55,399 nucleotides of DNA, filler included, from Sphacelaria rigidula (GCA_964200075.2; 5 parts of 5 records of this genome joined end to end with filler, not necessarily neighbours in it), one strand, 5' to 3'; shown: positions 1 to 12,812, counted from the first letter of the whole stretch. The notes: generated from the letters alone by a model not told the origin. Made by a program: numbers and translations.

Positions 1-1337
1 CGGCAGGCAAACCGGATCATTGCTACATTTTCTTCCTCTACCGCGCGTCCTCCCCGCTGCTCAGAGGTCGTCACGATAACAACACCGAAGTCGCAACATC
101 TGTGAAAGCGATAGAGTTTGATTTATTTTATCTGCATCCACAAAATTAAAACGGTTCTGAACGCCTGAGGGAGGACGGCTTCCCTGTCCCCCAGACAGGC
201 ATCGATGAACGAGGGAAGACTTATACAGACGGATACAACACACATGGGGGCCCTGAGAAGTTTCTTTCCATCAAAATCTGTGTTTCCAAGCTGCAAAGTG
301 TTCCACGCGCATTGTTTTCTAATACGAACGGTAACTTGTCGAATTCTCTTCCGTTGTCCAAGCCCTGCCTGATGCTGATCCCGGAAAAATTTCGTATTGC
401 TGTTCCATGGTTTCTTCGGATGTTTAAGTGGACCCGAAGCGGCCACCTTACCCAGAAACAAAAAGTGCAACTCCTATTGTAACATGGCTCACAGGCGTCC
501 AGAATAGAAGGGACGACAACACACACACACAAACACACACACACATCAGACGTTTTTCTCGCGGGGGGTATTCGTGCATGTGGTCCGTCATACCCACAGT
601 AGTCTATAAAGTCACGTCCTTTTCACTTACTGAAGTAATATAGTTTTTTCGTGAAATGTGGAGTGTATAGGTATATGTTGGAGCGAATTTCAACCAACAA
701 CAGTTGTGCAGAGAGATGTTGCTCTTTCGAAAGCAAAATATCAACTTCTGAGCAAACTCCTACTTTTGGAGAACGAATCCACTTTTATCTCCATGTTTCA
801 GCTTTTTTTTTAAATCAGAACGCATCGTCTGTGAGGCCAACTCTGATGGGAGCCGTTCAAAATTTTATTCTTCAACAATTTCAAACGCGTTTTTTTTCCG
901 CCACGATTCTGAACCGGTACCAAAATACACATTATTAAAGGTATCTCAAACTCGGCTCCCGGTATACTGGTTTGTTTTGTTCAATTTTTGAGTGAAAGTG
1001 ATGGTGATTCATCAGATGATGAGGCCCTTGGACCGCCAGGTCAGATCCTCCTATGAATCGCGATCATTTTCACTTGAAAAAATAGTGCACAACTCAGAGT
1101 CAGCGAATAAGCCAGGATACCGGAAGCCGAGTTTGAGATGCCTCTATTATGGCATAAATTTGGAGTTGTACATGGATATTCAAGTTTTGCATCTCTACAA
1201 CAGCACCCCAAGAAGACATATATCAGAAGGTGGCATTTTGACGAAAGAAGGAAGGTGATAATCATTTCGTGATATATAGTGATGGTGACGCGACGGTTTA
1301 CAAATTCATTTTCACGAGAAATCACACGCCGTTCCAA

Positions 1338-1737
1338 TGTAGGGGGAAAGACGAGTTATATCATGACGGTAACAGCACACGAATAGACCAGCGACTTCAG
1401 GCAGGGCGGTAATCACGCCCAAGGGTGTAGGATCATGTGAACAGGACACTGAGGGAACATGCACATGTGCGGGTAGATTAATGCGGACGTACGGGTACTG
1501 GTAGTCGATGTTCATGTGAACGGGTACACTGAGTGAACATGCACATGTGCGGATAGATTAATGCGGACATGTGCGGGTACTGGTAGTCGAGTGTGTGTGA
1601 CTACACAGTACCACGCCCGGACTGGCAACCACGCTACCACCTGGGCCCACTCAACATCTGATCCCTCTACCATAGGGTCGACTCAGTCTAGGCACTCTCC
1701 AAATAAAACAAAAGATAAAGCTATTTATCCTTCAACA
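1338..1737 (+). repeat. Candidate 5' LTR of the copia element, containing an ~80-bp direct repeat
   Basis: Ends TTCAACA at 1737, about 40 nt before a plausible gag ATG (1779); AATAAA near 1702. Tandem copies at ~1433-1508 and ~1512-1590 (TCATGTGAAC...CATGCACATGTGCGG...GGTACTGGTAGTCGA). Start could be TGTAGG at 1338 or 1426. No matching 3' LTR seen. Confidence 0.5.
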
Positions 1738-1778
1738 CGGGCCACGGAATACACTAGTGTTACAACCGGTTGGGCAGA

Positions 1779-3160
1779 ATGGCAGAACAGGGTGGTAGGC
1801 ATTCAACAGAAATCGGTGAGCAGGGTGTTATGGAGCAGTTGCGGGAAGTAAGTAGTCGAATGGTTTCCATGGCTCAGCTCATGCGTGATATGCAGCTAAG
1901 CCAGCTACATTACAGAGTAACATGGACAATATGAGGGCAGAAAGAGAGGCCGGGGGCACAGAAAACAACGGCATCCTTGATAGTGAAGGTTCCCATAGTG
2001 AACAGGGGAAATTCAACATAAGTACAACAGCGGAACGACGTGGTGCTGGAGTTCGAAGGAAGCGACGGTACATCGGGAGCCAAGCTGTTCCAGAGGACGG
2101 AGCGCGCGACGCAATGGACAACGAGGCCACCAGTGACAAAGCTAGGGGATTTGTCCCCGCACGTGAGTCAATTCGAATGAACGATACAAGTGGAAATGTG
2201 TCAGAGAATCCCATTTTTCGACAGAACGTCCCAAAATTTTCAGTCAAGAGCGCTGATTATACTCGGTACAGGCATGAACTGGTCAACTTCGCAAGGGGCG
2301 AAGGGATTGACTGGATGTTCACCATGGCCGGCGATAGCTCTTACGATGTAGATGTCGGTAATCCTGAAAAATAAATGGGGTATCTGGAGAGTAGACATGG
2401 GAAGGACAAAGTGGCGGCCAACGTGAGGACCAGACGAATGTTTGTAGATAGTTTAAAAAGAAGGAGGGAGCAAGATATTTTGCGTAGAATCCACTCACCT
2501 GCTGCGGTTTGGAGAAAACTCGAGGATGTCTTTCGCCCCAAAACAAATGGAGCGAGAACCGCCTTTTTGGAAAAGTGCGATGAAGTCAAGATTGGTACCC
2601 GTGATGATCCAGAGCAGAAGCTGCTCGAGATGGAGAAAATTGTACGTAACCTGAATTGATACGAGGAGCATGGACAACTAAGCGAAAACCATAATCTCTT
2701 GAAATTCCTCAACGCGTTGCCCTTCGAGTATCACATCCAGAAGCAACTGCTGGAGGATCGAGAGGGACCGCTGACACGGGAGGTTGTGTTGACTTCGATC
2801 CGAAAGCGCTTCGAATCAACATCTTTGAAGCAGGAACTTGCCCGGGGAAAGAAGTCATCCCTGGGCGACCAGGCTCTCCTTGCCGGGGGTGGGACCGGAA
2901 AACCGAGCGGTGCACACCGAAAACAGAAACCGGGAAAATCCCAGGGCTCTGGTCAGAAGAACGGCGGGAGTCAGATTTCAAGTAGCTCTGGGTCGGCATC
3001 GTCGGACGGCAAGCCGGCGACTGGGCAGCTGCTCCGCTGCCATGTTTGCGACGAGAACACGACGCATCGGGCAAGGAACTGCCCGAAGAGATACTGCGGG
3101 AGGTGCGGCCAACAGGGGCACACGTTCTGGGACTGCCCGAGATTGACAGCGAAGAAATAA
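1779..3160 (+). pseudogene. Copia gag pseudogene
   Basis: ORFs 1922-2374, 2375-2659 and 2699-3160 share one frame, separated by single stops. UBN2-like segments (PAAVWRKLEDVF; KFLNALPFEY) and two CCHC knuckles. A frameshifted N-terminus from ATG 1779 is inferred. Confidence 0.88.
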
Positions 3161-3499
3161 GACGTGGTGATGGCGGTGGGCACGGTCGACGACAGCGACA
3201 GCTCCTCCGTCTGTCCGGTGACGGATGGGGAGGCTTTCACCACTCTCGACACCACCATCAACAGCAACACAGGCGAGTATGTATTGAGTGTTGAGCGGGG
3301 GGGGGTGATAGTCAGCAGGGTGAGGGCGAACCGTGGGTATTTGACACGGGGGCTACCCAGCATTTCTCTCACGATTCCCATGGGATGACGGAGTACAGAG
3401 AGTGCAAGGGTAGGGTACTATGGTGCGCGGGAGGTAGTACTTACCCGATCGTAGGCAGAGGAAATTTGTCTCTTGCCTTCAGATCTGACGGACTGGATG

Positions 3500-4959
3500 T
3501 AATCCTAAACTAGTGGGTGTTGACCATGTACCTGGTGTCCGTCATCACCTCTTGTCACTCACGAGGATCCAACACATGGGACACACCTACACTGGTTTTC
3601 GCACAGGTTTCAGGGTAGATCTCAATTCAGGCAATACACTGATAATACCCGGACAACCACGTCAACTCAGAATGTACGCCCGCCGCCTCGATCAAAGTGG
3701 TAGTGACAAGTGTGCTTCGGCATAATACGCTGTTATTGCCCCGGGGGCTCCGCCTAGCCCCCAGACCGCTGACATCAACGAATTCCACTGTTCCCACGCT
3801 CACGTCCACGAGGATTCACTGAAGGAGACGGCGAAGCAGCAGGGAAAGCAGCTGGCTGGGGAGCTGCAGCCCTGCCACGGCTGCTCAGAGGCGAAGGGAC
3901 TGCGGGCACCAATTCCAAGATCCACGCACACGAGAGCAGCTAAGTCAGCGTCTAGGGTGTTTGTAGATCTTTCCGGGCCGAAACCAGTCCAGTCTTACGG
4001 GGGAAAGTCGTACACGATGATAGTCCGAGATGGTCACTCACGGCACACAAAGCTGTATTTACTCCGGAGGAAGGATGAGGCAGAGAGATGCTTCGCGAAA
4101 TACATTGCATGGGTCTCTCCGAGAAAAATTGAGATAGTCCGTAGCGATGACGGGGGTGAATTCTCGGAGGGTGCATTTGGTGAACTGTGCGACAGGGAAA
4201 GGATCAAGCAGGAGAAGACAACTGCCGACTCACCCCAGTTCAACGGTGTTGCAGAGCGAGCGTTAGGTATCATCGAAACAGTAGGCCTTGCGGCCAGACT
4301 GATGAGCTGTACCCAGATGAGCGCATCCCAAATGGTGACAGCCTGTGGGCTGAGCAGGCAAACTGGGCGTGTCACGCCCTGAACTGTACCGCTACCTTGG
4401 CTAACCCGCACCACAAATCACCGCATGAAATGTGGTATAGATCGCCACCGGAAGGTGATCTCATTCCGTTCTTGAAGCCTAGTTTTTGTAGGAGGAAGCG
4501 GACAAATAAATTACAGCCGAAGGCCGAAAAATGCTGGTACTTGAGCCCAGCCCCAGGCTACCCACGTGACGCGATGTGAGTTCTAACTGTACGAGGAACT
4601 GTCTCCGTGACAAGACATGTAACATGGGCACGTGCGTCCGCTGCCCCCCCCCCCGCACACTACAGCAAGCGATCCAGACGCCGGACGAGCTGAAGGATTC
4701 CAGTGTCGATCAAGGCCAGAGTGTGAGTGAAGACAGGACGGAAAGCTCGACAGTGGACACTTCGACCAGCGGTTCCTCAAGCGCGCCGCCCTCCCCGCCG
4801 AGTTCCGTCGGTCGGAGGGGCGGAAAAGTACTGCAGATCCCCGTCAGTAGTGGAGGGGGCGAGGTGCCTTCACCGTCCCCGCGAGGGGGGGGGGAGGCGG
4901 GGTGATACTAGAGATCCTCGTTTCAGATTTTGTCAACGAACGGGGTGAGGTGGAGCCGG

Positions 4960-5012
<53 letters not shown>

Positions 5013-7102
5013 ACGCCAACATTAGCGCAGACGCCGATACCTACGCCGACGCAGACACCAGCGCAGACGCCGACACCTTCGCCGACGCTCACATCGGCAT
5101 CAGACACTGCCTCGTCGCCCGCACTGTCACCCTCTTCCACAGGTCTCTCGCAAGATGGCGGGGGGGGGCGGCGACGCTCCTGAACTCCCGAGGACCGAGC
5201 AACGCCGTCTTGCGTGGGCTAACCGATTACCAACACCAAGGGCGGGGCGTACGAGGAGCCAAACGCGCGAGGCCATGGGGTCGGCACACGCACGAGGTGA
5301 AACGCTGGTGGCTAGCGGAGCGGAGGAGAACAAAAAGGAAGCGGAGATGGCACTGGCGGGACTGGCGGAGGACAAATGCTCAACTATGGAGATGATCACC
5401 GCGGCAGTAGGACAGGTGGCCAGACACGACGCAATCGCTTCGACTCAACACGAGTGAGCTGAAAACGAGTTTTTTTGTTTTGTTGCTGAGGAAAACAGGG
5501 TAGGGCAGCCTGAATTCGGTTTGCTTTCACCGTTTGGCCTGCACGTGGGCAAAATAGAGGCAGCACCAACCAGTATGGATGACATTGCCAAGTCAGAATC
5601 TCGACAGGCATGGTTAGGCGCGATGCAGGCCGGGCTAGGAGGTCACGAAAAGGATGGAACATTTCCGACTGGCCCTATACCGGAAGCAGCAAGCGTGATT
5701 TCAGCGAAGTGGGCTTTTAGTTGGAAAACCGACGCATATGGTACTGTAACGAAGGCAAAGGCAAGGTGGGTAGCGCGAGGTTTTGGACAACGTTTTGCAG
5801 TCGACTATTTCGAGACTTTCGCGACAACGCCGTCCACGGCCTCCATCAAACTGGTCATGGCAGTGGCAGTTCAGGAAGACTGGCCTTGATGTGACAGGCT
5901 TTTCTTCAGGCAGAAATGGATACTGAAGTGTACATGAGATTGCCTGAAGGGTGCTCCGTTTCGACAGACGTGACCGTAAAGCTTGAAAAATCTATTTACG
6001 GGATCAAGTAAGCGGGTAGGCAGTGGTCTCGTCTTCTGTGCCAAACCTTGCTGGAGGATGTCGGGATGGTGCAGTGTAAGGCTGGCCCATGTGTATTCAA
6101 GATGGAGGATGCAGGAGACGTGTGATTTTAGTTGTCCATGTGGACGACATCCTTATCAGTGGTTCTGAGGAATACGTAGGATAGGTGGGCCAAATCCTTA
6201 ACACAAAGTTCCCCACGAGCAATCTCGGAGAGGTCACCTGGTACATGGGGTGCGCAGTGGATAGAGACTGGGATGGAGGCACGCCGTCTGTGACGCAAAC
6301 CACGTTCACAGACACGCTCCTGAAGCGTTTTGAGGTGAGGAGGTACTCGGAAATCCCTGCCACTGTTTCGGTAAAGTTGTGGCCGACAACGGGCGAAGAC
6401 AAAAAGGCGAATCGCCCATACCGTAACGCAGTGCGGGGGTTGATGTGGCTGACAACAGTCACCAGACCCGACATCGCGAATTCGGTACGAACGCTTACTC
6501 GCCAGTTGCATGACCCATGCGAGAGGCACTGGGAAGCTGTGATGAAAGTGTTGAAGTACCTCAATGAGACGAAGGAGTTTGGACTTACGTTCACGAAAGG
6601 ACATGATAGGCTCTCAGTCTACTGCGACGTAGACTACGCTAAGAAGGAAACAGATAGGCGTTCGGTATCAGGGGTAGCCGTAATGTACGGTGGTGTGGTA
6701 GTGTCGGCAACGAGCCGCACGCAACACTGCGTGACTCTGTCAACAACGGAGGCAGAGTATGTTGCAATGGCCGAGGGGGCAAAGGAGGGGTTGTTTGTGA
6801 AGGCAGTGTTGACGTTCCTGCGACCGCAGACTGTGTCGGGAAGCGGGGAGGACCAAGGTATTCTTTTGTACGAGGACAACGAGGGAGCAAAAGCTCTGGC
6901 CGAGAATCCTCTCAGTTCCGAAAGGAGTAAGCACATAGACGTGAGGTATCACTTCATTCGAGAGCTGGTGGGGACGGGAAAGGTCAGGGTTGTACATGTA
7001 GGCTCAGGATGGCAGCATTCAGATATTTTGACGAAGCCTCTCTCGATCAGCCTGTTTACGAGGCACAGACGTTTTGTGATGAACTTGGAAGGTGACAAGT
7101 AG
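3500..7102 (+). pseudogene. Copia pol pseudogene (IN-RT-RNase H)
   Basis: ORF pieces 3957-4382, 4187-4579, 5521-5889 and 6185-7102 carry IN, RT and RH motifs; conserved YGIKQAGRQW is broken as YGIK*AGRQW near 6009. No protease DSG motif recognised. Confidence 0.93.
4962..5012 (+). repeat. (TCA)17 microsatellite in the IN-RT linker
   Basis: Read directly; gives poly-Ser followed by a Thr/Pro-rich stretch. Confidence 0.95.
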
Positions 7103-7752
7103 GTACGTTTTTTCTTGTACCATTGTGCTAGCGCCGGGTATTTTCAGGGTGATGCATTTATGCGCATTTTGGGTTAAGCCACCTACGCTACTTTGAGGGG
7201 CATGAGTTTTATAGAGCGTTTCCTGACATGTCGTGTATCTGCCTTGACCGGCGTCCATGGATTATCTAGATGGAGCACAAGCTGTTGAGGGGAGTTTTGT
7301 TTCGCCCGGATGACCGGGTTAATCGATTATACTTACGCTCCAGGATCTGACTGGATACGAAGGAAATAGATATGGAGGTTGGATCATGACGTGCAGGGGA
7401 AATACGAATAAGAGATCATTCTGTTATTTAAGGTATACCCTATGTAATGGTTGCAGTGCATATCTGCTGGGGCGGCAGACGCCTTTTCGCGTGCCGAAAA
7501 TCAGGGATTAGTTTTCCCCAGGAATTAGTACCCCACTTCTTTCAGTGGTGTTGTTCGTCAGTTCTGATTCGGTGGTGGTCTCAGCATGTGTGTGTTATGT
7601 GAGAGTGGGCAAATATGGGTACATTAATTATATGAATGATATCTGGTCTCAACTGGCCACGGCAGGCCTACAACTTCCCCGGCAACGCACCCGGTGCATG
7701 AGGCTTTCTATTATGCTAGCACGTAAACCTGGGCCAAGGCTCATGTACCGAC

Positions 7753-8226
7753 TGTTAGGGATTTACACGTAGTAGGCTTAGATCAGACTACGCAGCCGCA
7801 AAAGGAGATTTAAAAGGATTTTACAACGAGGCATCGAAACGCGCATACGCCGCAGACAACAAGAAGGACAACATCATCGACGGACAGCATCACAGCGCCA
7901 CAAGAGCTAACTGGAGCAGAAAGGTACCCAAGACCGGCAGCGGAAACACCCCTCGGCACGCGCGTCACCAACTCTAGCATCCAAACGCCAGTGAGCAGCT
8001 ATATCAAGGACAACATAATCAGAGCTTCTCAGCTTATATCCCAGAAGGCATGCATTCATCTTTATTTTGTATTTTGGAGCTAACCGGAGCAGCAGTAAGA
8101 GGTACCCAAGATCGGCAGCGGTAGTAACCCTCGACACGCGCGTCACCCACTCTAGTATCCGAACGCCAATGAACAAGCCACATCCGGGACGACAACGTCA
8201 TCAGCTTCCAAGCTCCTACTTCAACA
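7753..8226. mobile_element. LTR-like segment (possible solo LTR) with an internal ~140-bp diverged duplication
   Basis: TGTT...AACA termini. Internal copies at ~7904-8035 and ~8077-8215 (GAGCTAAC.GGAGCAG...GGTACCCAAGA.CGGCAGCGG...CACGCGCGTCACC.ACTCTAG.ATCC). Flanks CCGAC and CGAGC are not a perfect TSD. Confidence 0.55.
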
Positions 8227-8931
8227 CGAGCGGCAGTGCTCAAGAAGGCACGTTTTCCCTTTTACTTTTTCCTTCGATTTATCATCGAATTTTTATAGAA
8301 CCACCAGGATTGAAGAGTAGGATGACTTCAAGAATGTTTTGTTATCGATAGGTCGTCACTCTATTCTAGTTTGCGAGTTGGTTTGTGTATTTTATTGATT
8401 TCTAGAGTGTGATATGTCCTCGCTTCTATTGAAGTGGGGGTGTTATACAACGCCACACCAAGTGGAGATGAAGATTCATTTTGCAGGCTTACAGTCAGAT
8501 TGTTTTTTGTCGGCAATATTTTGCCCTTCCCTTTTATCCCCCTTTCATTCCCTGTTTGTTGGATCACTGTTATGCCCTGCCCATCTATGCAGTATCTTTC
8601 ATACATGTACACCCCGAGGGTATGGATGTGATTGCATATTTCGTCGTGTAGGCGTGTTATATTCCGTCATCTACCGTCATTGTGTAGTTGATATAGTGGA
8701 CGTTTCGAATTCATGAACCATCACGTTTGTTTGGATCGAGGACCAGTTTTTCAAAAGTGTACAGTGTTGGTTTGCTTTTTCATTCAGCATCACGCCTTGA
8801 TCGCTCTGTAATGAGACGGAGCGCAAGCGTGATTTTGGAGCGTTTTATGTGTGCCCTACTTTGGTTCTCATGTGTGAGAGACTTTGGTTTTCCCCTTCTC
8901 CACTGCAGAATGATATGATCCCCTTGACTGT

Positions 8932-9325
8932 AGAAGGGGGTGTTATATTCCGTCATCTACGGTAGTTGAACTTCCATTTTTGACTCGAGATGACTTCGAC
9001 GAGAGATGTTGCGTTATGCAGACATGTTGCCTTGTGTGTACAGCTACTTGTGTTCCAAACTGCATGGATTTAAAATCGTGACTACAACTGACCGCGATGT
9101 ACAGTACAGGAGGGCAAGATCACGTTGGCTCGTGATATGAGATACGGTTGCTTTTTGTGTTGTCGGACATTGGACGCTGATCAAACACGTTGAGCGCGCA
9201 GACTGCAAACAGAAACGGAATTGCGAAGTGTTATGAATGATTTCACGTAGCATTTGTCATGCTCAAGTATTTTCTGTATACTGTACTCCAGGCTGATCAC
9301 TACTTGTAGACTGTACTGCATAACA
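8932..9325 (+). mobile_element. Polypurine tract plus 3'-LTR-like segment of another LTR element
   Basis: AGAAGGGGG lies immediately before TGTTAT (8941); the inverted match ATAACA is at 9320-9325. The start TGTTATATTCCGTCATCTAC also occurs near 8655. Confidence 0.45.
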
Positions 9326-9489
9326 GTCTACTGCGTATCGGCATATGATCGATGTATATTGTCCTACCAAAACGGTACATTTCTCATGTTGCGGGCAAAT
9401 GCGGACCAATGAATGATTTTTGTTTTTTTTGTTTTCTACATATTGTTCGTTGAGCATGCTTACACTATTTGTAGAGCGTAACGGTACAT

Positions 9490-9690
9490 GAGGGTGCACC
9501 AGCCGGAGTCTGACAGGAGGAGGGTCAACACAGGATTTGTTTTTGTTCCCTGTTTTTCTTTGGTACTCCACCTCCTGGGATACTTGCGTGTATATTTTTT
9601 ATTGCGAGGGAAGTTGAGCGCACTCCCCTCCCCTGCTGGGGGTCCGCACGTCGTCGACCGTTGGGGCAGAGTTTGTGTACCCACGGCATG
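9490..9690 (+). repeat. Dispersed repeat family A (CCAGCCGGGGTCACACAGGAGGAAGGTCAACACAG core; possibly SINE-like)
   Basis: Aligns by eye with 44040-44301 (+), 38352-38492 (-), 22025-22103 (-); a separate part of the 44040-44301 copy matches 490-545 (-). Confidence 0.8.
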
Positions 9691-11003
9691 ATTGTGATAT
9701 ATATGTTTTTCACAAAAATTCGATTATTTTGTTGCGAGGAAAGACGCATGGGTTTGTAGGGGAGGAATTTCATCTTCGATATGATGGATGTACGGTGTAT
9801 TCGAATACTTTTCGCATTTTTGCATGAAATACAACGGACGACTTATCTCTGGGACTATTTCCTACCGCTACGCGTGACCTGCCCTCGATGATGCGAGCCA
9901 ATCTTTATGGCAAGACAACTGCTTTCGAACCCAGGCGGATGTGCACACCAATGACGAAGCCCGGACCGCGACACCGCAAGAGCCAAACCGAAAACAGCGA
10001 CCGCGGCCTGGGCGACGACAACACAACCGCTTGGGGGGCTTAGCAGGAGCCAGGGCAGGAACCAGACACGCTTTGGCATTTAGGTTTTTATCATTTGCTT
10101 TTTTTGGGAGTTTGCATTTGATTCGGAATGTTTTCGTCTCGTTGTTCGCAGCAACGTGACATGTCAACCATGTGTACCGTCCCGTGGTTGCATTTGTTTG
10201 TTTGATTGTTATAGTTTTTGTTCCCTACGCCCTACGAAGTACTACCGTATTTTGGTTATGATTTTTTAAACTTGATCCTCCACATGATTGCGATGATTTT
10301 TTTTAATTATCGAGAAAGAAAATAGTGGGGGGAAATTGACTGTTTGCTTCCAGTATTCTCTTTTCGGGTATTTTAAAACGAAGAAAACTCATGTGATGGG
10401 GCTATTCACAGCGGAGAATTTTGGGATAAAAATCATATGATGGGATGATCCACGGCGGGGTATTCTGGATAATTTGATTAATCGGTTATAGATTTCAAAA
10501 AGGATTTTGATATTGTGCGATCCGCGCTAGAACGTTCTTGGCAAAGTGATTCACCGGCTCTGGATTTTGGGTTGGACATTTTCAATTACGGGAAGAACAT
10601 GGCGTGGATTCAAACTCGTGGATACTTCCGAGAGTAGAACGGGTTTTAGTCTTGGGTGTCACTAAACAATTGACTATCCACCCGCCGTTCAACATGCGGG
10701 ACTGACTATGCACCAGGATAACTCACGAGAATTGACTCTGGGGTCATCGATGTTATGTTTTCATGTACTACCTGGAAGCAATACCCCCTGCAAAATAATA
10801 TGTAATATTGAATGGGGGGGGGGCGTTTTAATACGCAGTAATTTATATTATGTTCTCTCCAGTGTGGCGTTTATTAAATGAGTAATATCCGTCCTGATAT
10901 TTGGGTGAGTGTACTGTTCATGCAGAGTAACTTCTTATCCGACTTCTTTGCATGCACTTGGACTTTGGTGTACAGGGATTGATTTTTGTGAAAGAGAAAA
11001 TAT

Positions 11004-11103
11004 NNNNNNNNNNNNNNNNNNNNNNNNNNNNNNNNNNNNNNNNNNNNTTAATTAATTAANNNNNNNNNNNNNNNNNNNNNNNNNNNNNNNNNNNNNNNNN
11101 NNN
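11004..11103. other. Artificial contig-joining spacer (N44-TTAATTAATTAA-N44)
   Basis: 100-nt N run with a central 12-mer that gives stops in all six frames; identical spacers recur about every 11.1 kb. Confidence 0.98.
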
Positions 11104-11596
11104 CTATTGCTTTGCCACAGAGGCAGTTCTGTGCATCTACTTCCTCCTCCACACGACTACTGGTATATCTCTTTGGGGGGGGGAGGTGTGAACCGTATTC
11201 CAGTCTGTAAGGTCCCTTGGATGAGCTTGTAGCAACTCGTTCCAATGCGCAACCTATTAATTCAAATGTAGCGTTGGGTTCGATCTCGGGTTAGGTCTAG
11301 GGTCACCACGTTAAACGTGCTCGCTTTTATGGACGTTACGTCGATTAACGAAGGGTGTTCTAACCTCCTCGACGCAACACGATGCCAGCACATCTGCGTG
11401 CAGTCATTCCAGCATCGTATTTGACCTCTGATCAGACGTGCTCCTGTGCTTCATGTGCAGTACTCAGTACTCTACTGAACGGTACAGGTGTTTCACTCCC
11501 CCATACAGCACGCACAGTTTTGACCTGAAATTCACTCATATGCAAATGCATTTCGCAATACCTACCCAAAAGTCGCATATATAGTATCATGTTGAT

Positions 11597-12640
11597 GGCC
11601 ATGAACAACTCAAGACGGGGACATAGCCGGATTTTTGTTTACCGCTAGTGGTGGCGCTAAGGGCGAAACGATCCCTCGACCCCTCAGTGGCCCTCAAATT
11701 GCTCTGAAGTTGAAACTACAGTACGATTCCCAACACCAATTCTACCCAATCTCCACGTGCTTTAAATCGTTGTAACTGCCATCAGCTCGTAAATCTAATG
11801 GAAATATATCTATGTATATAATATATATGAAAATGGTGAATATGGGATCGAATGATACCCCAACCCTTGTTTTTCGGTAATGTTGAATCTTGACGTCCTG
11901 TGGGTTAGGGTTAGGGTTAGAAAAATGGTGAATTGGGGATTCACATCGTTGATGTGCGCCCGAGACCCGAAAAGCCTCCTGACGGTTTCCGTAATGCCTG
12001 TCGTAGAAAACTCGAACCCTCCTCAAATTTGGTGGTTCGGTAGGTATTGGCGCTCGAAATTGAAGAATGTTTTGTTGACCCTTTCCTCGGTTTCTCCTCT
12101 CTTTACCGCCCTCCGGGCGTTGCGGCGTGAAGACCCCCGGAAGCCCGTACAGCACGCATCAGTAAGGTAGTGCAAGGGGCATTTGTACAAAGTTCCGTTG
12201 CTTGGTTGGGAAAACTGATTCAATTGGGTCGTTTTCGCGTCAAGCGTACCCGAGAAATACGTTTCCATACTAACATCAAGTAGCTGGGAGCTTGTACCGT
12301 TCAACATCACTTCATTACACGAAAGCACAAACGTTCACGCCGGCTCTTGGAGTTAGACTCTGAAATTCGCACATATTTACTCCAGGTCATTACGAACCTT
12401 CCATGAATGTTTTCTCATGTATTTTATTTGGTCCGTCTTCGGGGGTTACGGTAGAGTATGTGCCGCCCCACGACCCTATGACCCCCGATAGCCGGTGGAA
12501 AAAGAACAACCCATTCGTTCAAATTTTCGTACTGATCCATTGGATATGTGTGCGAAATTTCAGCGTCTAACTCCGATAAATGGCTCGAACATTAGCGTAT
12601 GAATACATTTTTGGCCACAACCGCTCTCCAGCCTGTTGTG
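11597..12640 (+). mobile_element. ~1-kb non-coding dispersed element, family B, copy 1
   Basis: Colinear with 46436-47405 (GACATAGCCGGATTT...GCTAAGGGCGAAA...ATCTCCAC.TGCTTTAAATCGT...ATATGTGTGC.AAATTTCAG.GTCTAACTCC). Internal inverted repeat 12349-12376 / 12544-12574; short TTAGGG run at ~11902-11920. Superfamily not assigned. Confidence 0.8.
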
Positions 12641-12812
12641 GCTGATGAGTGTGACGCTTCCGGTGATCAGCGACGGCAATCTCTGTTCTGGAGAGTTGAG
12701 GAGTTAATCCTGTCGAAGATTGAACCAGAAGAACGATCTTACCGAGATCTTGCGATGAATATGATCTGAACCAGTCGCCCATGATTCCCGACAAAACCCA
12801 GGCCACTCCGGC

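Larger units (their letters stand above)
1338..7102 (+). mobile_element. Degenerate Ty1/copia LTR retrotransposon (candidate 5' LTR, gag, integrase, RT, RNase H)
   Basis: Domain order gag-IN-RT-RH is diagnostic of copia. Gag zinc knuckles CHVCDENTTHRARNC and CGRCGQQGHTFWDC (~3040-3135). Pre-integrase HCSHAH...CHGC (~3787-3885). Integrase core VFVDLSGP...RSDDGGEF...SPQFNGVAER (3957-4300). RT SAKWAFSWKTD...KAKARWVARGFGQ...DYFETFA and VVHVDD (5700-6150). RNase H YCDVDY...DRRSVSG...STTEAEY...YEDN...RSKHIDVRYHFIRE...DILTKPL (6620-7102). Many in-frame stops and frameshifts. Left boundary is approximate. Confidence 0.95.

Noticed and set aside
1433..1590. Direct repeats that could suggest a CRISPR-like array (also 36849-37115 and 41205-41250)
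   Set aside because: Only two adjacent copies each, no unique spacers, no cas genes, eukaryotic context.
7392..7425. Short match to 1338-1370 (TGYAGGGGGAAA.ACGA) as a possible 3' LTR start
   Set aside because: The similarity does not extend beyond about 25 nt.
11048..11059. TTAATTAATTAA motif recurring about every 11.1 kb
   Set aside because: Synthetic six-frame stop linker inside the N spacers.
11902..11920. TTAGGG telomere-like repeats
   Set aside because: Only about three units, internal to a dispersed element; not a chromosome end.
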